From positions 800,001-864,000 of the forward strand of contig OZ244239.1 of assembly GCA_965217115.1 (NCBI GenBank): a DNA stretch of 64,000 bases, in the 5' to 3' direction. The position numbers were made by a program, and so were the translations under genes. Positions 43,948 through 54,043 of this stretch are shown piece by piece. This DNA comes from Bdellovibrionales bacterium. GTDB lineage: Bacteria > Bdellovibrionota > Bdellovibrionia > Bdellovibrionales > CAYMLA01. A model generated the notes under the pieces. It was not told where the DNA came from and did no database searches. It was given only the letters and a program-made list of their open reading frames with translations. Numbering within the stretch: the first letter of the stretch is position 1; the number at the start of each line of letters is the position of its first letter.

Positions 43948-44406
43948 TCACTTATGGGTAAATCTCCTCACAGTCTCTATATGTTCAGGGAAGATTTTTG
44001 ACAATTCACGAAAACTACCTCCCGTGAAGTCAGAAAAATCAAACCCTGGAGACACCGTACAGCCCAGAAAAGCATAGTCACCATCTCCTATTAGCCTCGT
44101 TCCCTGCCATATATTCTTCTCAACAATCACCTGGGGCACACAGTCTTCTCCCAAGTCAGCGCCAAGAATAACCCTCTTCAAACTCCCTTCACTATCTATT
44201 TGAACCATCTCCACGGGATCCCCTGCATAAAAATGAAAGATTTCGGTGGATGTCACCATATGCAAACCCGAAAATTCCTCTGGAGTGATTAGATAATAGA
44301 TACAAGTCGAATATGAACGCTCTCCAGATAAATGGGGCAATTCATCCACTGAAAATTTCCCTGAATCACGATAAGTCTCTCGATAATACCCCCCCTCTTC
44401 AGGCAA
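43948..44406 (-). CDS. cupin (DUF985/Cupin_5-like) protein
   Basis: PEEGGYYRETY, TCIYYL, EIFHFYAGDP, GCTVSPGFDF; frame stays open upstream so the real start is probably ~44450. Confidence 0.85.
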   Translation of the reverse strand: MPEEGGYYRETYRDSGKFSVDELPHLSGERSYSTCIYYLITPEEFSGLHMVTSTEIFHFYAGDPVEMVQIDSEGSLKRVILGADLGEDCVPQVIVEKNIWQGTRLIGDGDYAFLGCTVSPGFDFSDFTGGSFRELSKIFPEHIETVRRFTHK

Positions 44407-44567
44407 GAGTTTAAGAGAAAACTTCTTAATTACTTCCTCTGCTGTCAGAACAACCCCCCATTGTATTAAATCCTAATTCTAAATTACCAATCCGACAGTC
44501 ACTCACAAAAAGTGCGAATATTCAAATTATTGTCCTGGAAGAACTTAAAAAAAACCACCCATCTCTT

Positions 44568-44870
44568 ATGGAGCCTAGAGTCAAAAACCCGTCACTCATC
44601 CCGATTGGTGGAGCGTGGAGAAAAAGGACTGTCTGCCCAGTAAATAGCTGCTTTGAATATAAAAGAGGCCGTGATAGTGAGTTGATTCTAAATAAAACTG
44701 AGTTACGTGCCTGCCGGCTCGTGGCTCAATTAAGGGAGAGGGGTTTTACATTTAAGGTGGCTGGTGGGGGTGATTTTACCCCGTTTCTGCGTACACCAGT
44801 CTCTCTAAATTTATTCATAATAAACATCTCGGTCTGGGTGGCCGCAAAGATATATTCCTTTGCCCATTAA
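44568..44870 (+). pseudogene. possible serine-recombinase fragment
   Basis: FEYK...LILNKTELRACRLVAQLRERGFTF resembles the start of a recombinase domain; flanks look non-coding. Confidence 0.3.
44601..44613. repeat. att-like 13-bp direct repeat of the tRNA-Ala 3' end (matches 46515-46527)
   Basis: CCGATTGGTGGAG at both positions. Confidence 0.6.
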
Positions 44871-44895
44871 AGTAAGATGCCTCCTCAATAAACTA

Positions 44896-45358
44896 GGCTC
44901 TTTATGACAAACAATAGTGGAGCCAGTTTTTTTCTGATGAGCTGTTTTTTTCTAGAGTCTCTCCCAAAAGAATCCAGCCCTTTTCTTGCTCAAACAGTCG
45001 TTTGTCACCTTCCATTGCAGAGAAATGCAATGGAAGTCGCCAAGCCAAACTCGCCGAAAAGAACTGGATTCTTTTGGGAGAGACTCTAGAAAAAAAGGCC
45101 GTATTCAATCAATGGGTCAATGGATCTCTAGTGTAATATCAAAGGGAATTGTACAAAAGAAAGACTGGGAAGGCCAAAGTGTTGGTTTAGAAATAGGTCA
45201 TTTCTTCTGGACAAATTCCCTTGAAAGTTTAAAACGAATAATAATAAACCTGGACTGACCTCCATGTATAACAACGCTGTTATCCATGGATAGTTTTAGA
45301 AAGAGAGCCCTTAAGATGAGTCTCTTGGGAACAGTTCCACTATTTATCACAAAGAACC
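44896..45358 (+). mobile_element. MITE-like element copy 4 (463 bp, longest)
   Basis: GGCTCTTTATGACAAACAATAGTGG ... CCACTATTTATCACAAAGAACC; extra ~123-bp module; no target duplication visible. Confidence 0.87.
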
Positions 45359-45368
45359 GAAAAACCTC

Positions 45369-45550
45369 TTTTTAAAACTCTAAACTGACAATCTACGCAG
45401 GAGGTTAGACACCTCAAAAACTCTCAGGCATCGATAAATTGATGTCTGAACTGTTTTTTCGATGGCATGGAATATGTATTCTAGAACCTTGGAAATTAAC
45501 GGTATCAGCCAGATTTAGGAGAATTGGTCTCCCAAGGAAATAGAACGATA
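45369..45550 (+). repeat. ~180-bp leader repeat B (matches 28935-29116)
   Basis: Direct alignment with repeat A. Confidence 0.9.
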
Positions 45551-45597
45551 TCAACAAAAACCCATAATTAAACTGAGCCTTGCTCAAAGGATGTAAA

Positions 45598-45981
45598 ATG
45601 AAAAAAATAATGCTTATAATAGGTTTGTTAAGCTTTTTCTCTGTTGGAGTCAGTTTTGCGAATCACTCAAATAACCATACAGCCCCTCAACAAAAAGAAA
45701 ACCTTAAGAGACTAAAAAGATTGGAAAAAAAATTAGAAAAACTGAGCTACAGAGTTACTGATTTAGAAGATAACTCTCGATCTTCCCAAAACCCTAAGGC
45801 TATTCTCTATTGCGTATGCACTTTTGAAAAAGTAATCAGGGCTTCGGGACTAACAGTATTTTATGCTGACGGTAGCTCATCAGTTGTTGCTTTGGGAGTT
45901 GGGGGTAATTACAGATCTACCCAAGAAGATTGCGAAGGAAGATTGCGAGCAAGTATACCCGCCTGTTCATTAAAGAAATAG
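45598..45981 (+). CDS. secreted hypothetical protein with coiled coil and Cys-containing C-terminal domain
   Basis: AAGGA RBS, MKKIMLIIGLL...SFA signal peptide, heptad segment LKRLEKKLEKLSYRVTDLE. Confidence 0.75.
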   Translation: MKKIMLIIGLLSFFSVGVSFANHSNNHTAPQQKENLKRLKRLEKKLEKLSYRVTDLEDNSRSSQNPKAILYCVCTFEKVIRASGLTVFYADGSSSVVALGVGGNYRSTQEDCEGRLRASIPACSLKK

Positions 45982-46519
45982 AACCTTAGAGATTATAACA
46001 TGTACCAAAACTAGTTTTTGCTTTTGCGACAACGGCTCTGCTAATACTGGCGAACATCGTTTTCATGATCTTTATAGGTTTTTGTAAATACATGTTCGCC
46101 AGTGTTTTCCGCTTACAAAATATAAAAATTGCACTGGCTATTGACGGACATTTTAAGTAATCCGAGTTGTAAGAATTGCCATTTTAATAAAGTTATAGCT
46201 ATTTATGACGAGTGTGTGCTGTAAAGAGTACGGAGAGAAATTAATTGGAAAATCAGTAATGGTACAAAATATCAGATTTTAACGGAGACTTTGAAAAACT
46301 CACTCAGTATAAATAAAAAAATAGTTATGAAAAATATTGTAACTAGACTGTTCGTTGATCGTCATGGAGGCTCTATTGAGTGCCATGGAATGACGCGAAC
46401 TCCCAAATTTGACCTTCATAGAGAGGTCTTGGAATCTCACTTAGGCCCGAAAATATTGGAGCCTTTAGAAAATAGTCGCGATAAACTCAGTCGGTTAGAA
46501 ATTCGTGGCTTAAGCCGAT

Positions 46520-46595
<76 letters not shown>

Positions 46596-46724
46596 ACAAA
46601 AGATAAACGGTAATCTCTATTATTCAAGACTTCTGGTCAAGCAAGAAAAAAGGCTGACCAAATACAAATCGAAGGGCTGCTATTTAATTTTTTATTGAAA
46701 ATACAAGAACACACACACAATGAA

Positions 46725-47264
46725 CTAGGCGGAAGCAGATGATACGAATGTACAAAGACGGTCCAGCCACTTCTTTTCCTGATCAATGTCAAAGCCCGCC
46801 GTCTCCGCACCACGTAAAACAGCAACGAAAACTCTTTTCAAAGTATCCACCTCATCCCCGCTATCATCTCCCTCCAGAGATTCTTCAATAGCCTCAAAAA
46901 CACTTAAAACATCAGGAGTTGTTACCACCTTAGGCAGGCGATCCATATCCACACCACAATCTTGATTCGGCTTAAAACCCACCAACACATCCGTTAACAA
47001 AATTTTCCTATCTTCTTTGAAGTTCACCTGTAAGAAAGAGTTTCCCTCTCCATCTGTTCTCTCCAAAATTTCATCAATATCTTCAAGTTTAAATAAAATT
47101 GATTTTCGGTCTATTTTCTGCTCTATCCTTATCGAACTCTCAAAAGCCCCCTTAATAACCAGACCCTTTGAACTCTCAACAAAATCCAACACCTGCTTGA
47201 GCATTTTCCCTGACTCTCTCTGGCCTGCTGAATTATTCAAATATGACCTCCCCTCAAAAAACAT
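46725..47264 (-). CDS. conserved hypothetical protein
   Basis: 179-aa ORF (FLQVNF, LVGFKP, LPKVVTTPD), upstream of tRNA-Ala. Confidence 0.7.
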   Translation of the reverse strand: MFFEGRSYLNNSAGQRESGKMLKQVLDFVESSKGLVIKGAFESSIRIEQKIDRKSILFKLEDIDEILERTDGEGNSFLQVNFKEDRKILLTDVLVGFKPNQDCGVDMDRLPKVVTTPDVLSVFEAIEESLEGDDSGDEVDTLKRVFVAVLRGAETAGFDIDQEKKWLDRLCTFVSSASA

Positions 47265-47502
47265 CTACAAAGTACACATCGTCCAACACAACCACGCACT
47301 TAACAGAATTTAAGATGAAAGCCTAAAACTAGCGTTTCGACCATTTATTAAGAAATAAGGTTAAGTCACAGAAGAAATAGCCGCCTAGCAGCAGATCATT
47401 AAGAATGTCCCAACTTGAGATTATCTCCAATTCATTATATGGTCACAAAATCATAATAGCCTGGCCTAAGAAAGGGTCGCCAAAAGTAAGAGGTTAAAGC
47501 CC

Positions 47503-47823
47503 ATGTTAATAACAAGATGGCAAGCTCCACAGCTTCCCACAGTGACACAAATCAAAATAATCTTCAAAACAGAAGACCTCGAAGCCCAGCAAGAAGAGTA
47601 TCTCCCAGGAGAAGAGGTTCGTGAGCATCGCCACTCCTTTGATGAAGTCCGCATGGTCGTCGCAGGATCACTAGCCATAAACGTCTCCGGAAACCAACTT
47701 ATTCTACACGCTGGAGATAAAATAGAAATTCCCTCCAATACCAAGCACTCTACAAAAAACAATGATCCTGAAAAGAGCTGCACTTGTATCTATGCCAGAC
47801 GCCCATTTAAAATACACACTTAG
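47503..47823 (+). CDS. cupin domain protein
   Basis: EHRHSFDEVRMVVAG...GDKIEIPSNTKH. Confidence 0.85.
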   Translation: MLITRWQAPQLPTVTQIKIIFKTEDLEAQQEEYLPGEEVREHRHSFDEVRMVVAGSLAINVSGNQLILHAGDKIEIPSNTKHSTKNNDPEKSCTCIYARRPFKIHT

Positions 47824-47952
47824 ACCACCAGCTAAACTACAGCTAAACCACACAAAAAATCTAAAACCCCTGGATTAATGGACCTGCAAAGACTATCATT
47901 GTAAGTATAATAACGCAGCACTTGATAACTCTACCCAGATAAAGGTTCGACC

Positions 47953-48591
47953 ATGAGAAACACCCCAACACAGACAGTCTCCCACACGGTTCAAATCAAG
48001 AAAATAGCCAATTCCTTCAACCCGTTTATTTTATCCCTACTCTGTCTCAGCTTTTTAGGTTGCTCGACAGAACTCGACCCTGATGTCAGTGCTGTCAATC
48101 TCCAACTTTCCCCTAGGACGATTATTGTTTCTGAAGCGGATACAAGACAAAAAGACGGTGTCGATGAAAATGGAAACATCATATGGAAAGACCTTAAAGG
48201 TCCATGGTTTCAATTTCGTTTTAGAGTGATTAATGACTCTCAAAAACAGCTCATCATAACAAATATGATCGTCAGAGCAAGTACCTTCAAAAATGGTCAG
48301 AAGACGGAAGGTTCTCTTTCCATTGATGCCACAGCCATTGATGAATCAAAAATCGGCTTTGATTATGATGGTGATGGTGAAACAGCTGGCGATGTTCTCA
48401 ATTTTCTCTTTAATCTCCCCCGTAAAGACACAAAGACTTTTCCCCTTAGCTTCTTCTTTGATAGTCTCCCAGAATCTGATGACCTCTCTTATAATCTGAC
48501 AATCACCGCACGGGGGCACTTTGGAACAGAGACAAGCCCCGAAAAAGCTTTTCGCAAGGAATTTCTCTTTAGTGCCTCATCTGGGCTGTAG
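47953..48591 (+). CDS. hypothetical lipoprotein
   Basis: Hydrophobic stretch ending in lipobox FLG-C. Confidence 0.7.
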   Translation: MRNTPTQTVSHTVQIKKIANSFNPFILSLLCLSFLGCSTELDPDVSAVNLQLSPRTIIVSEADTRQKDGVDENGNIIWKDLKGPWFQFRFRVINDSQKQLIITNMIVRASTFKNGQKTEGSLSIDATAIDESKIGFDYDGDGETAGDVLNFLFNLPRKDTKTFPLSFFFDSLPESDDLSYNLTITARGHFGTETSPEKAFRKEFLFSASSGL

Positions 48592-48629
48592 GTTTTTCAT
48601 AATCATAAAAGAGTCTTCTTTAAAAATGA

Positions 48630-50945
48630 TCACAATTCCTCGATATCGCCTTTGTCACTCCCAGACAAAAGTTCCCGTGGAGCTGTAGAGAGGTCTTTTT
48701 CATTCACGATTCTCGGAGTTAGAAATAATAGCAGCTCCGTCTTTTCCTTTCTTTTTGAATTAGCTCTAAACAATCTCCCTAAAAAGGGGATGTCCTTCAA
48801 GATGGGAACTCCCGTCTCTCCCACAATTGTATCATTCTGGTAAATTCCAGCGAAAACAGCCGTCTGACCATTGCGAACCATGACATTTGCCTTGGCATTA
48901 CGACTATTAATGGGAGTCGCCGTACTGGTTCCTGCAGTTATTGTCGCTCCTGGAAACTCCCTCGTTAAATCGACGCTCAATAAAATAGAATTATCCGCTG
49001 TAATATGGGGTTCCACATCCAAGCTCAACTGCGCAGAGGAGAATGCAATACTAGAGGAGACCGTGCCATCCTGACTTTTTGTTGAACTAATATTTGGCAC
49101 TTGAGCCGTTTGTTTAATGCTCGCCTTTTTGTTATTTAAAGTTAAGACACTCGGAGAAGACAAAACCCGAATATTATCATTTTGTTCATTCAACGCTAGA
49201 GCTGCATTTATATTCCCAAATAAATCATACTTTCCCACGCTCAAACCAAGAGATAAAGCTCCTCCCCCGGCCTGACCTTTAAGAACATCTAAGCTAGGTT
49301 GCATATTAATGGGTGAGCCCGATGAACTCGATGTACCAATTTGACCTATACCACCGCCAAAACCCCAGCTAACCCCTATGGATTTAATAAACGTCTCTCT
49401 AGCTTCAATGATTTTACCTTCAATCAAGACTTGCTGGGGAGGAGTGTCCAATGCCTTAACCAAAATCTTGATTTTTTTATTTAAATCCTCCGTTGCTGTC
49501 ACAATCAAAGAACTCGTGCGTTCATCACTGATCACGCTTCCTCTCTCTCCGTTTTTCATTTTACTTTTAAAGAGATCACCTATCTTCTTAGACAAATTCT
49601 CCACTTCAGCATAGCTCACAGGAATCACACTCACCTTGAGGGGAGCCAGTTTTCTCTGACTCTCTAGAAGGTCCTGCGCACTTTTGATCTCTTTTCTCAA
49701 AGCTGCCGCTTTTGCAATACGCAGTATATTTCCCGAACGGACATAGGCTAGTCCTTTTGTTTTCATCACCATCACCAAGGCTTGATCCCAGGGGATATCA
49801 CGCAATTTAATACTGATTTTTCCACTCACATCATCTGAAATAACAAGGTTAATACCACTCTCCTCAGCAATAATCCCAATGACTTCACGTATGTCCATCT
49901 CCTTTGACTGTAAAGAAATCTTCTTGCCATAAAACTTCGTGTTACTAGCTAAAAATTGATCTAAATTTGACGCAGGTAAAATTTTATTTTGTGAAAAAGA
50001 ATCCTCTCCCCCTTTACTATCTGCAACATCATTTCCCAGGGCAGACGCCTCTTCTGAAGAAGAAATAGACGACGGCACCTCTGCCGTAGGCTGGGAGATA
50101 ATAAATAAAGAATTCCCCTCCTGAACCACCTGAGGTATAGAAGCCCCTTCAATTAATTGAATAACGATTCTTGCCGTATCAGAACCCTTTTTCTGATATG
50201 CCTGAATAGCACCAATACTCCCCCCAAACTGACTCGTGTTGAAAGGTCTTTTCAAACGGCGAGGAAGCCTCGTGCCCGCCACCTCAATAACCAGTTGGTT
50301 TGTCTCTTCATTCACCCTTGTTTGATAGGCTGCCATTTCTAAAGTTTCGATCACAACAGCACCTTCACCCATTTGTGATTTATACTCGATATTCTTAACA
50401 GAATTATTAACCGCAGAGACCACAGTCTCTGGCTCTGTCTCAAAAACCTCGGCCTCTGGCTCTGTCTCAAAAACCTCTGGCTCTGCTTCAGAAATCTCGG
50501 CCTCTGGCTGCTCTGCTTCAGAAATCTCGGCCTCTGGCACTTCCTGAACGATTTTTTGCGAAGAAACTTCATCCTGTTGAACGACACTCTCTGGAGTTGC
50601 TTCAAAAGATTCAGGCTCTTCTTCAAGGTTTTTCTCTTGTGCTATTTCTTCTGGTTCAGTCTTAGAAAATTCCTCTTCAAAATCACTTTGCTCTTCAGCA
50701 TCTTCACTTTGACTCGCTTCAACTTTTTCACCCGATAATTCAGCAATTTCATTTTCTACGTCCTCCTCTACATCATCCCTATTAGAGAGTTCTTCCTCAT
50801 TTTCTTCAAACCCCTCGTCAAAACTACCTTCTTTTTCAAGAGTTTCCTCTGTATCGCCAACAAAGTTTTCCTCGGGAAGAGAAGAGCAAGACACTAACCC
50901 AGCAACTAAAAAAATAAAAAAACAACCTCTTAACAATTCGCCCAT
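48630..50945 (-). CDS. pilQ: type IV pilus secretin
   Basis: Lipoprotein signal, AMIN-like domain, IPWDQAL, QVLIEGKIIE, GVPILKDIPFLGRLF, ELLLFLTPRI. Confidence 0.95.
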   Translation of the reverse strand: MGELLRGCFFIFLVAGLVSCSSLPEENFVGDTEETLEKEGSFDEGFEENEEELSNRDDVEEDVENEIAELSGEKVEASQSEDAEEQSDFEEEFSKTEPEEIAQEKNLEEEPESFEATPESVVQQDEVSSQKIVQEVPEAEISEAEQPEAEISEAEPEVFETEPEAEVFETEPETVVSAVNNSVKNIEYKSQMGEGAVVIETLEMAAYQTRVNEETNQLVIEVAGTRLPRRLKRPFNTSQFGGSIGAIQAYQKKGSDTARIVIQLIEGASIPQVVQEGNSLFIISQPTAEVPSSISSSEEASALGNDVADSKGGEDSFSQNKILPASNLDQFLASNTKFYGKKISLQSKEMDIREVIGIIAEESGINLVISDDVSGKISIKLRDIPWDQALVMVMKTKGLAYVRSGNILRIAKAAALRKEIKSAQDLLESQRKLAPLKVSVIPVSYAEVENLSKKIGDLFKSKMKNGERGSVISDERTSSLIVTATEDLNKKIKILVKALDTPPQQVLIEGKIIEARETFIKSIGVSWGFGGGIGQIGTSSSSGSPINMQPSLDVLKGQAGGGALSLGLSVGKYDLFGNINAALALNEQNDNIRVLSSPSVLTLNNKKASIKQTAQVPNISSTKSQDGTVSSSIAFSSAQLSLDVEPHITADNSILLSVDLTREFPGATITAGTSTATPINSRNAKANVMVRNGQTAVFAGIYQNDTIVGETGVPILKDIPFLGRLFRANSKRKEKTELLLFLTPRIVNEKDLSTAPRELLSGSDKGDIEEL
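50427..50538 (-). repeat. imperfect tandem repeats in the pilQ acidic linker
   Basis: PEAEISEAE x2 and EVFETEPE x2, duplicated at DNA level. Confidence 0.85.
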
Positions 50946-50969
50946 ATGATCCCCCTACTCTCTTTCTAT

Positions 50970-51620
50970 TTATCTATCCAAAAACAAAGTTTTCGTATTA
51001 TAAGATGTTTTTCCATCCTCATCTACAAGTTTTTCCACAACAACCATTTCTCCCTCTCTTACAAATGCGACATAACCGTTGTTGTTACCAACTTTACTAT
51101 TTTTTTTAACAGTATGAGTTTTACCTTTAGGATCCAAAAGCATCACCTTTGGCTTTTTTACATTCCAAATCATTCCCACTATTTTTAATTCATTTAAGCT
51201 AAATTTTTGTAATTCTTCTAATTCTAGTGTTCTTACCTCTTCTCCCGCTGTCGTTTCAATCTCCACCTCTCCCGCAAAAAAAGGCTTAAACGGGTCTCGT
51301 AATCCCGATGGGTCATAACTAAACTCCCCCTCCTGCTCAAATTCAAGATTGTTATCTTGAACAGCACTTAAAGAGTTTTTCCGTGAAGGCTCTAACTTTG
51401 ACTGTTCCTTTGGTTTAGACTTTGGTGTTTTCTCTAAAATCTGTGATTTTATCTCAGGTTTTCCAGCATTGTTTTTCACATCTCTGACTTGTTGAGTTGG
51501 TACAAACTCCTGAGATTGAGCTGGTTTCATAAACGCAGATGTTAAATAAGAGGCTGCCAATACTCCTACGCTACCGACGAGGACATAAGACAAGTAGAGC
51601 CATAAACGATGTAATATCAT
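50970..51620 (-). CDS. pilP: type IV pilus assembly protein
   Basis: YDPSGLRDPFKPF, LQKFSLNELKIVGMIW, VGNNNG; operon position. Confidence 0.9.
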   Translation of the reverse strand: MILHRLWLYLSYVLVGSVGVLAASYLTSAFMKPAQSQEFVPTQQVRDVKNNAGKPEIKSQILEKTPKSKPKEQSKLEPSRKNSLSAVQDNNLEFEQEGEFSYDPSGLRDPFKPFFAGEVEIETTAGEEVRTLELEELQKFSLNELKIVGMIWNVKKPKVMLLDPKGKTHTVKKNSKVGNNNGYVAFVREGEMVVVEKLVDEDGKTSYNTKTLFLDR

Positions 51621-52228
51621 TTTTTCTCCTCTCCCGGTTCCACCTTCTGCTCTTTCAATTCCATGTAACGATAAGCTGTTAAAGAGCCTTTAAGAGTTAA
51701 CTTCAAACCCTGACCCTTTCTTTTTAATAAATTCATTTCAATATTACCCGCTCTTATAATACGAGGAAACTTAGAGATATACGTTAAAAAAAACAGCAAA
51801 TTTCTAAACTTTCCTTCCAATGTAATTCTAATCTTCAACTCTTCATAAAGTTTTTTAGCCTCCTTAGAGGCAGGGGTCAAAGCAATCAATTTAACTCCAG
51901 CCGCCTTAGCTATCATATCTACTGACTTTAAAATCTTTGACTGATTCAAATCATAGGGAAGTTTCTTCAAAGAGAGTTCAAACTCTTCACCCAATTTAAC
52001 GATTTCCTCACGTAGAACTCTTTGAACCTCCTTTAATTTTTTTATTTTATTACCAACAGCATTTTCTTTGACCATTGCATCTTTGACTTGAGCCGTTCGC
52101 CGTTCCAAGGCGTCCCCATCATCATATAATGTTCCCCAATAAACTCCTGCCAAAAACAAACCCACAAGAAACACCTTACCTAAAGACATCTGAACTAAAT
52201 CATCAATGAGCTCTTCAATGTCATTCAC
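51617..52228 (-). CDS. pilO: type IV pilus assembly protein
   Basis: TM, coiled coil, LP.....IL..V, PRII, TAYRY; operon position. Confidence 0.88.
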   Translation of the reverse strand: MNDIEELIDDLVQMSLGKVFLVGLFLAGVYWGTLYDDGDALERRTAQVKDAMVKENAVGNKIKKLKEVQRVLREEIVKLGEEFELSLKKLPYDLNQSKILKSVDMIAKAAGVKLIALTPASKEAKKLYEELKIRITLEGKFRNLLFFLTYISKFPRIIRAGNIEMNLLKRKGQGLKLTLKGSLTAYRYMELKEQKVEPGEEKK

Positions 52229-52845
52229 TCAAAATCCCCCATAAGAAAAGAAATTTCAAAACTTTTAATCTTACCTCTCTTTATTTTTTTCTCCATAGAT
52301 TTTCTCAATTTCACATCTTCAAAATAAATACTCTGCTCTAAATCATTAATCAATTGATTCACATAGCTATCGCTAACTGCATATCCCGATAATGTCACAG
52401 CTGATTCCTTGATCAATAACTTAGTTAGCCAAACCTTATTAGAAAGAATCCTCTGTAAAGCGTCCATCGTTTTAACTTCTCTCAAGCGCCATTTAGACAA
52501 ACTACTAATAACGTCAATCTGATTTTGCAGATGGTTCTTTTCTTTCTCAAAGCTCTCTAATTCAGAGATCAATGTCTGCTCTCTTACACTTCTTTTCTTT
52601 AACTTTTTTAGCTCCTGTTGATTCTTTAACAATACTTTCTCTTTTTTAGAAATATTATTGTACTCATACACAGAAAGCATTCCTGGGAAAAACAATAGCA
52701 ATAAAAATTTACCTACAGCCTTTTTCTTATCCTCAGTATCAATTGAAGGAATTTCAGCAGCAGATCCTTCATCCAAAAATTCTTCTTTCAGAGCCGTCCC
52801 TGAAGCCTTGGCTCGAACCCCTTCTAAAAGATCAATCCGAATCAT
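52225..52845 (-). CDS. pilN: type IV pilus assembly protein
   Basis: MIRIDLL N-terminal motif, VWLTKL, LSGYA. Confidence 0.9.
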   Translation of the reverse strand: MIRIDLLEGVRAKASGTALKEEFLDEGSAAEIPSIDTEDKKKAVGKFLLLLFFPGMLSVYEYNNISKKEKVLLKNQQELKKLKKRSVREQTLISELESFEKEKNHLQNQIDVISSLSKWRLREVKTMDALQRILSNKVWLTKLLIKESAVTLSGYAVSDSYVNQLINDLEQSIYFEDVKLRKSMEKKIKRGKIKSFEISFLMGDFE

Positions 52846-53909
52846 AAATCACCTGCACTACGCAAGGCCAATCCTATAGACACACTTGCAAACGGCTCGA
52901 TTTGATCCAAATAGGCTTTACTTAAACTTTTACCACCTTTTATGAGCCCTTTCAGGGGAGAAAAAGCCTCTCCCTCAACCCCTGTCATTAATATAATTTG
53001 ATCGGTCAATCCAGGAGTTAAAGACCCCCCGCCTGTGAAATACAGTCTTGAAATCTTCTCTCCAACTTCTGTCGCATGGAAAAATTCAAAACTACTTTGA
53101 ATTTCCTCTGCTATCATTTCATTAGTTGCGCTAATAACAGGATGAATTTCATCAGGAACAGCTTCCCCAGAAGATATACTTAATTTGAGTGATTCCGCTT
53201 CCTCCATACTCAGGCCCATGTCTTTATGGATTTCAGAAGTATAATTTTCTCCACCCACAGCTATATCTCGACAAAAAATAACATCACCATCTTTTATCAC
53301 CACAAAACTCGTCACACTGGCACCAATATTAATCAACGCCAACGTTTCCGAATTAATACCAAAATTCATTTCAAAACAGTTCGCCAGTGCAAAGCCATTT
53401 AAATCAACAGTTTTGCACTTATATCCCGCTTCGCTCACTACCTCTGCATACTGAAGAACTAAATCTTTCTTAGCCGCGATCAGCAAAACATCCATAGTAT
53501 CTCCACTCTGGTTTTTTTTTTCTAAGATATGGTGAGACAAACTAATATCATTGATATCAAAGGGTATGTATTGTTCGGCCTCCCAACGAATTTGTTCAGC
53601 AATTAATTTTCCATCCATCTGGGGAATACTGATTTTTTTTACTATCACGGCTGTACCCCACATACCCGTGGCGACATTCTTAGATCTGACTTTAGCTTCG
53701 CTAAAAAGAGATTTTATAACTTGAGAAATTCCAGTTAAATTAAGGATTTCCCCTCCTGAAATACTAGAAGGGGGCATCGACATCATAGAAAAACGAGTCA
53801 ACGTCGTGCCTTTACGAGTTATTTTCACTTGAGCGAGTTTCAAAGAACTCGTTCCTATATCCAAGCCTATAAGCTGTTTAGAAGCAAAAAACATGGCCAT
53901 CCTGTTCAA
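52842..53909 (-). CDS. pilM: type IV pilus assembly protein
   Basis: IGLDIGTSSLK, EAEQYIPF, INIGAS, TGGGS, IGLALR; start may be at a downstream ATG. Confidence 0.94.
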   Translation of the reverse strand: MNRMAMFFASKQLIGLDIGTSSLKLAQVKITRKGTTLTRFSMMSMPPSSISGGEILNLTGISQVIKSLFSEAKVRSKNVATGMWGTAVIVKKISIPQMDGKLIAEQIRWEAEQYIPFDINDISLSHHILEKKNQSGDTMDVLLIAAKKDLVLQYAEVVSEAGYKCKTVDLNGFALANCFEMNFGINSETLALINIGASVTSFVVIKDGDVIFCRDIAVGGENYTSEIHKDMGLSMEEAESLKLSISSGEAVPDEIHPVISATNEMIAEEIQSSFEFFHATEVGEKISRLYFTGGGSLTPGLTDQIILMTGVEGEAFSPLKGLIKGGKSLSKAYLDQIEPFASVSIGLALRSAGDL

Positions 53910-53958
53910 TCACGCTGTCGTAAAAAATCTGCCCTCAAAAGCAAGGACACTCCGTCCC

Positions 53959-53989
53959 ATTATAGCTTCTACCATAGTCTTGTTGTCAA
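53959..53989 (-). promoter_or_regulatory. sigma-70-type promoter for pilM operon
   Basis: Perfect TTGACA and TATAAT hexamers, but with a 19-bp spacer. Confidence 0.5.
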
Positions 53990-54043
53990 ACCAAAGGCTA
54001 GGAACCCATGAAAGAGATGGGGATCGATATCTACGGAAAGGGA

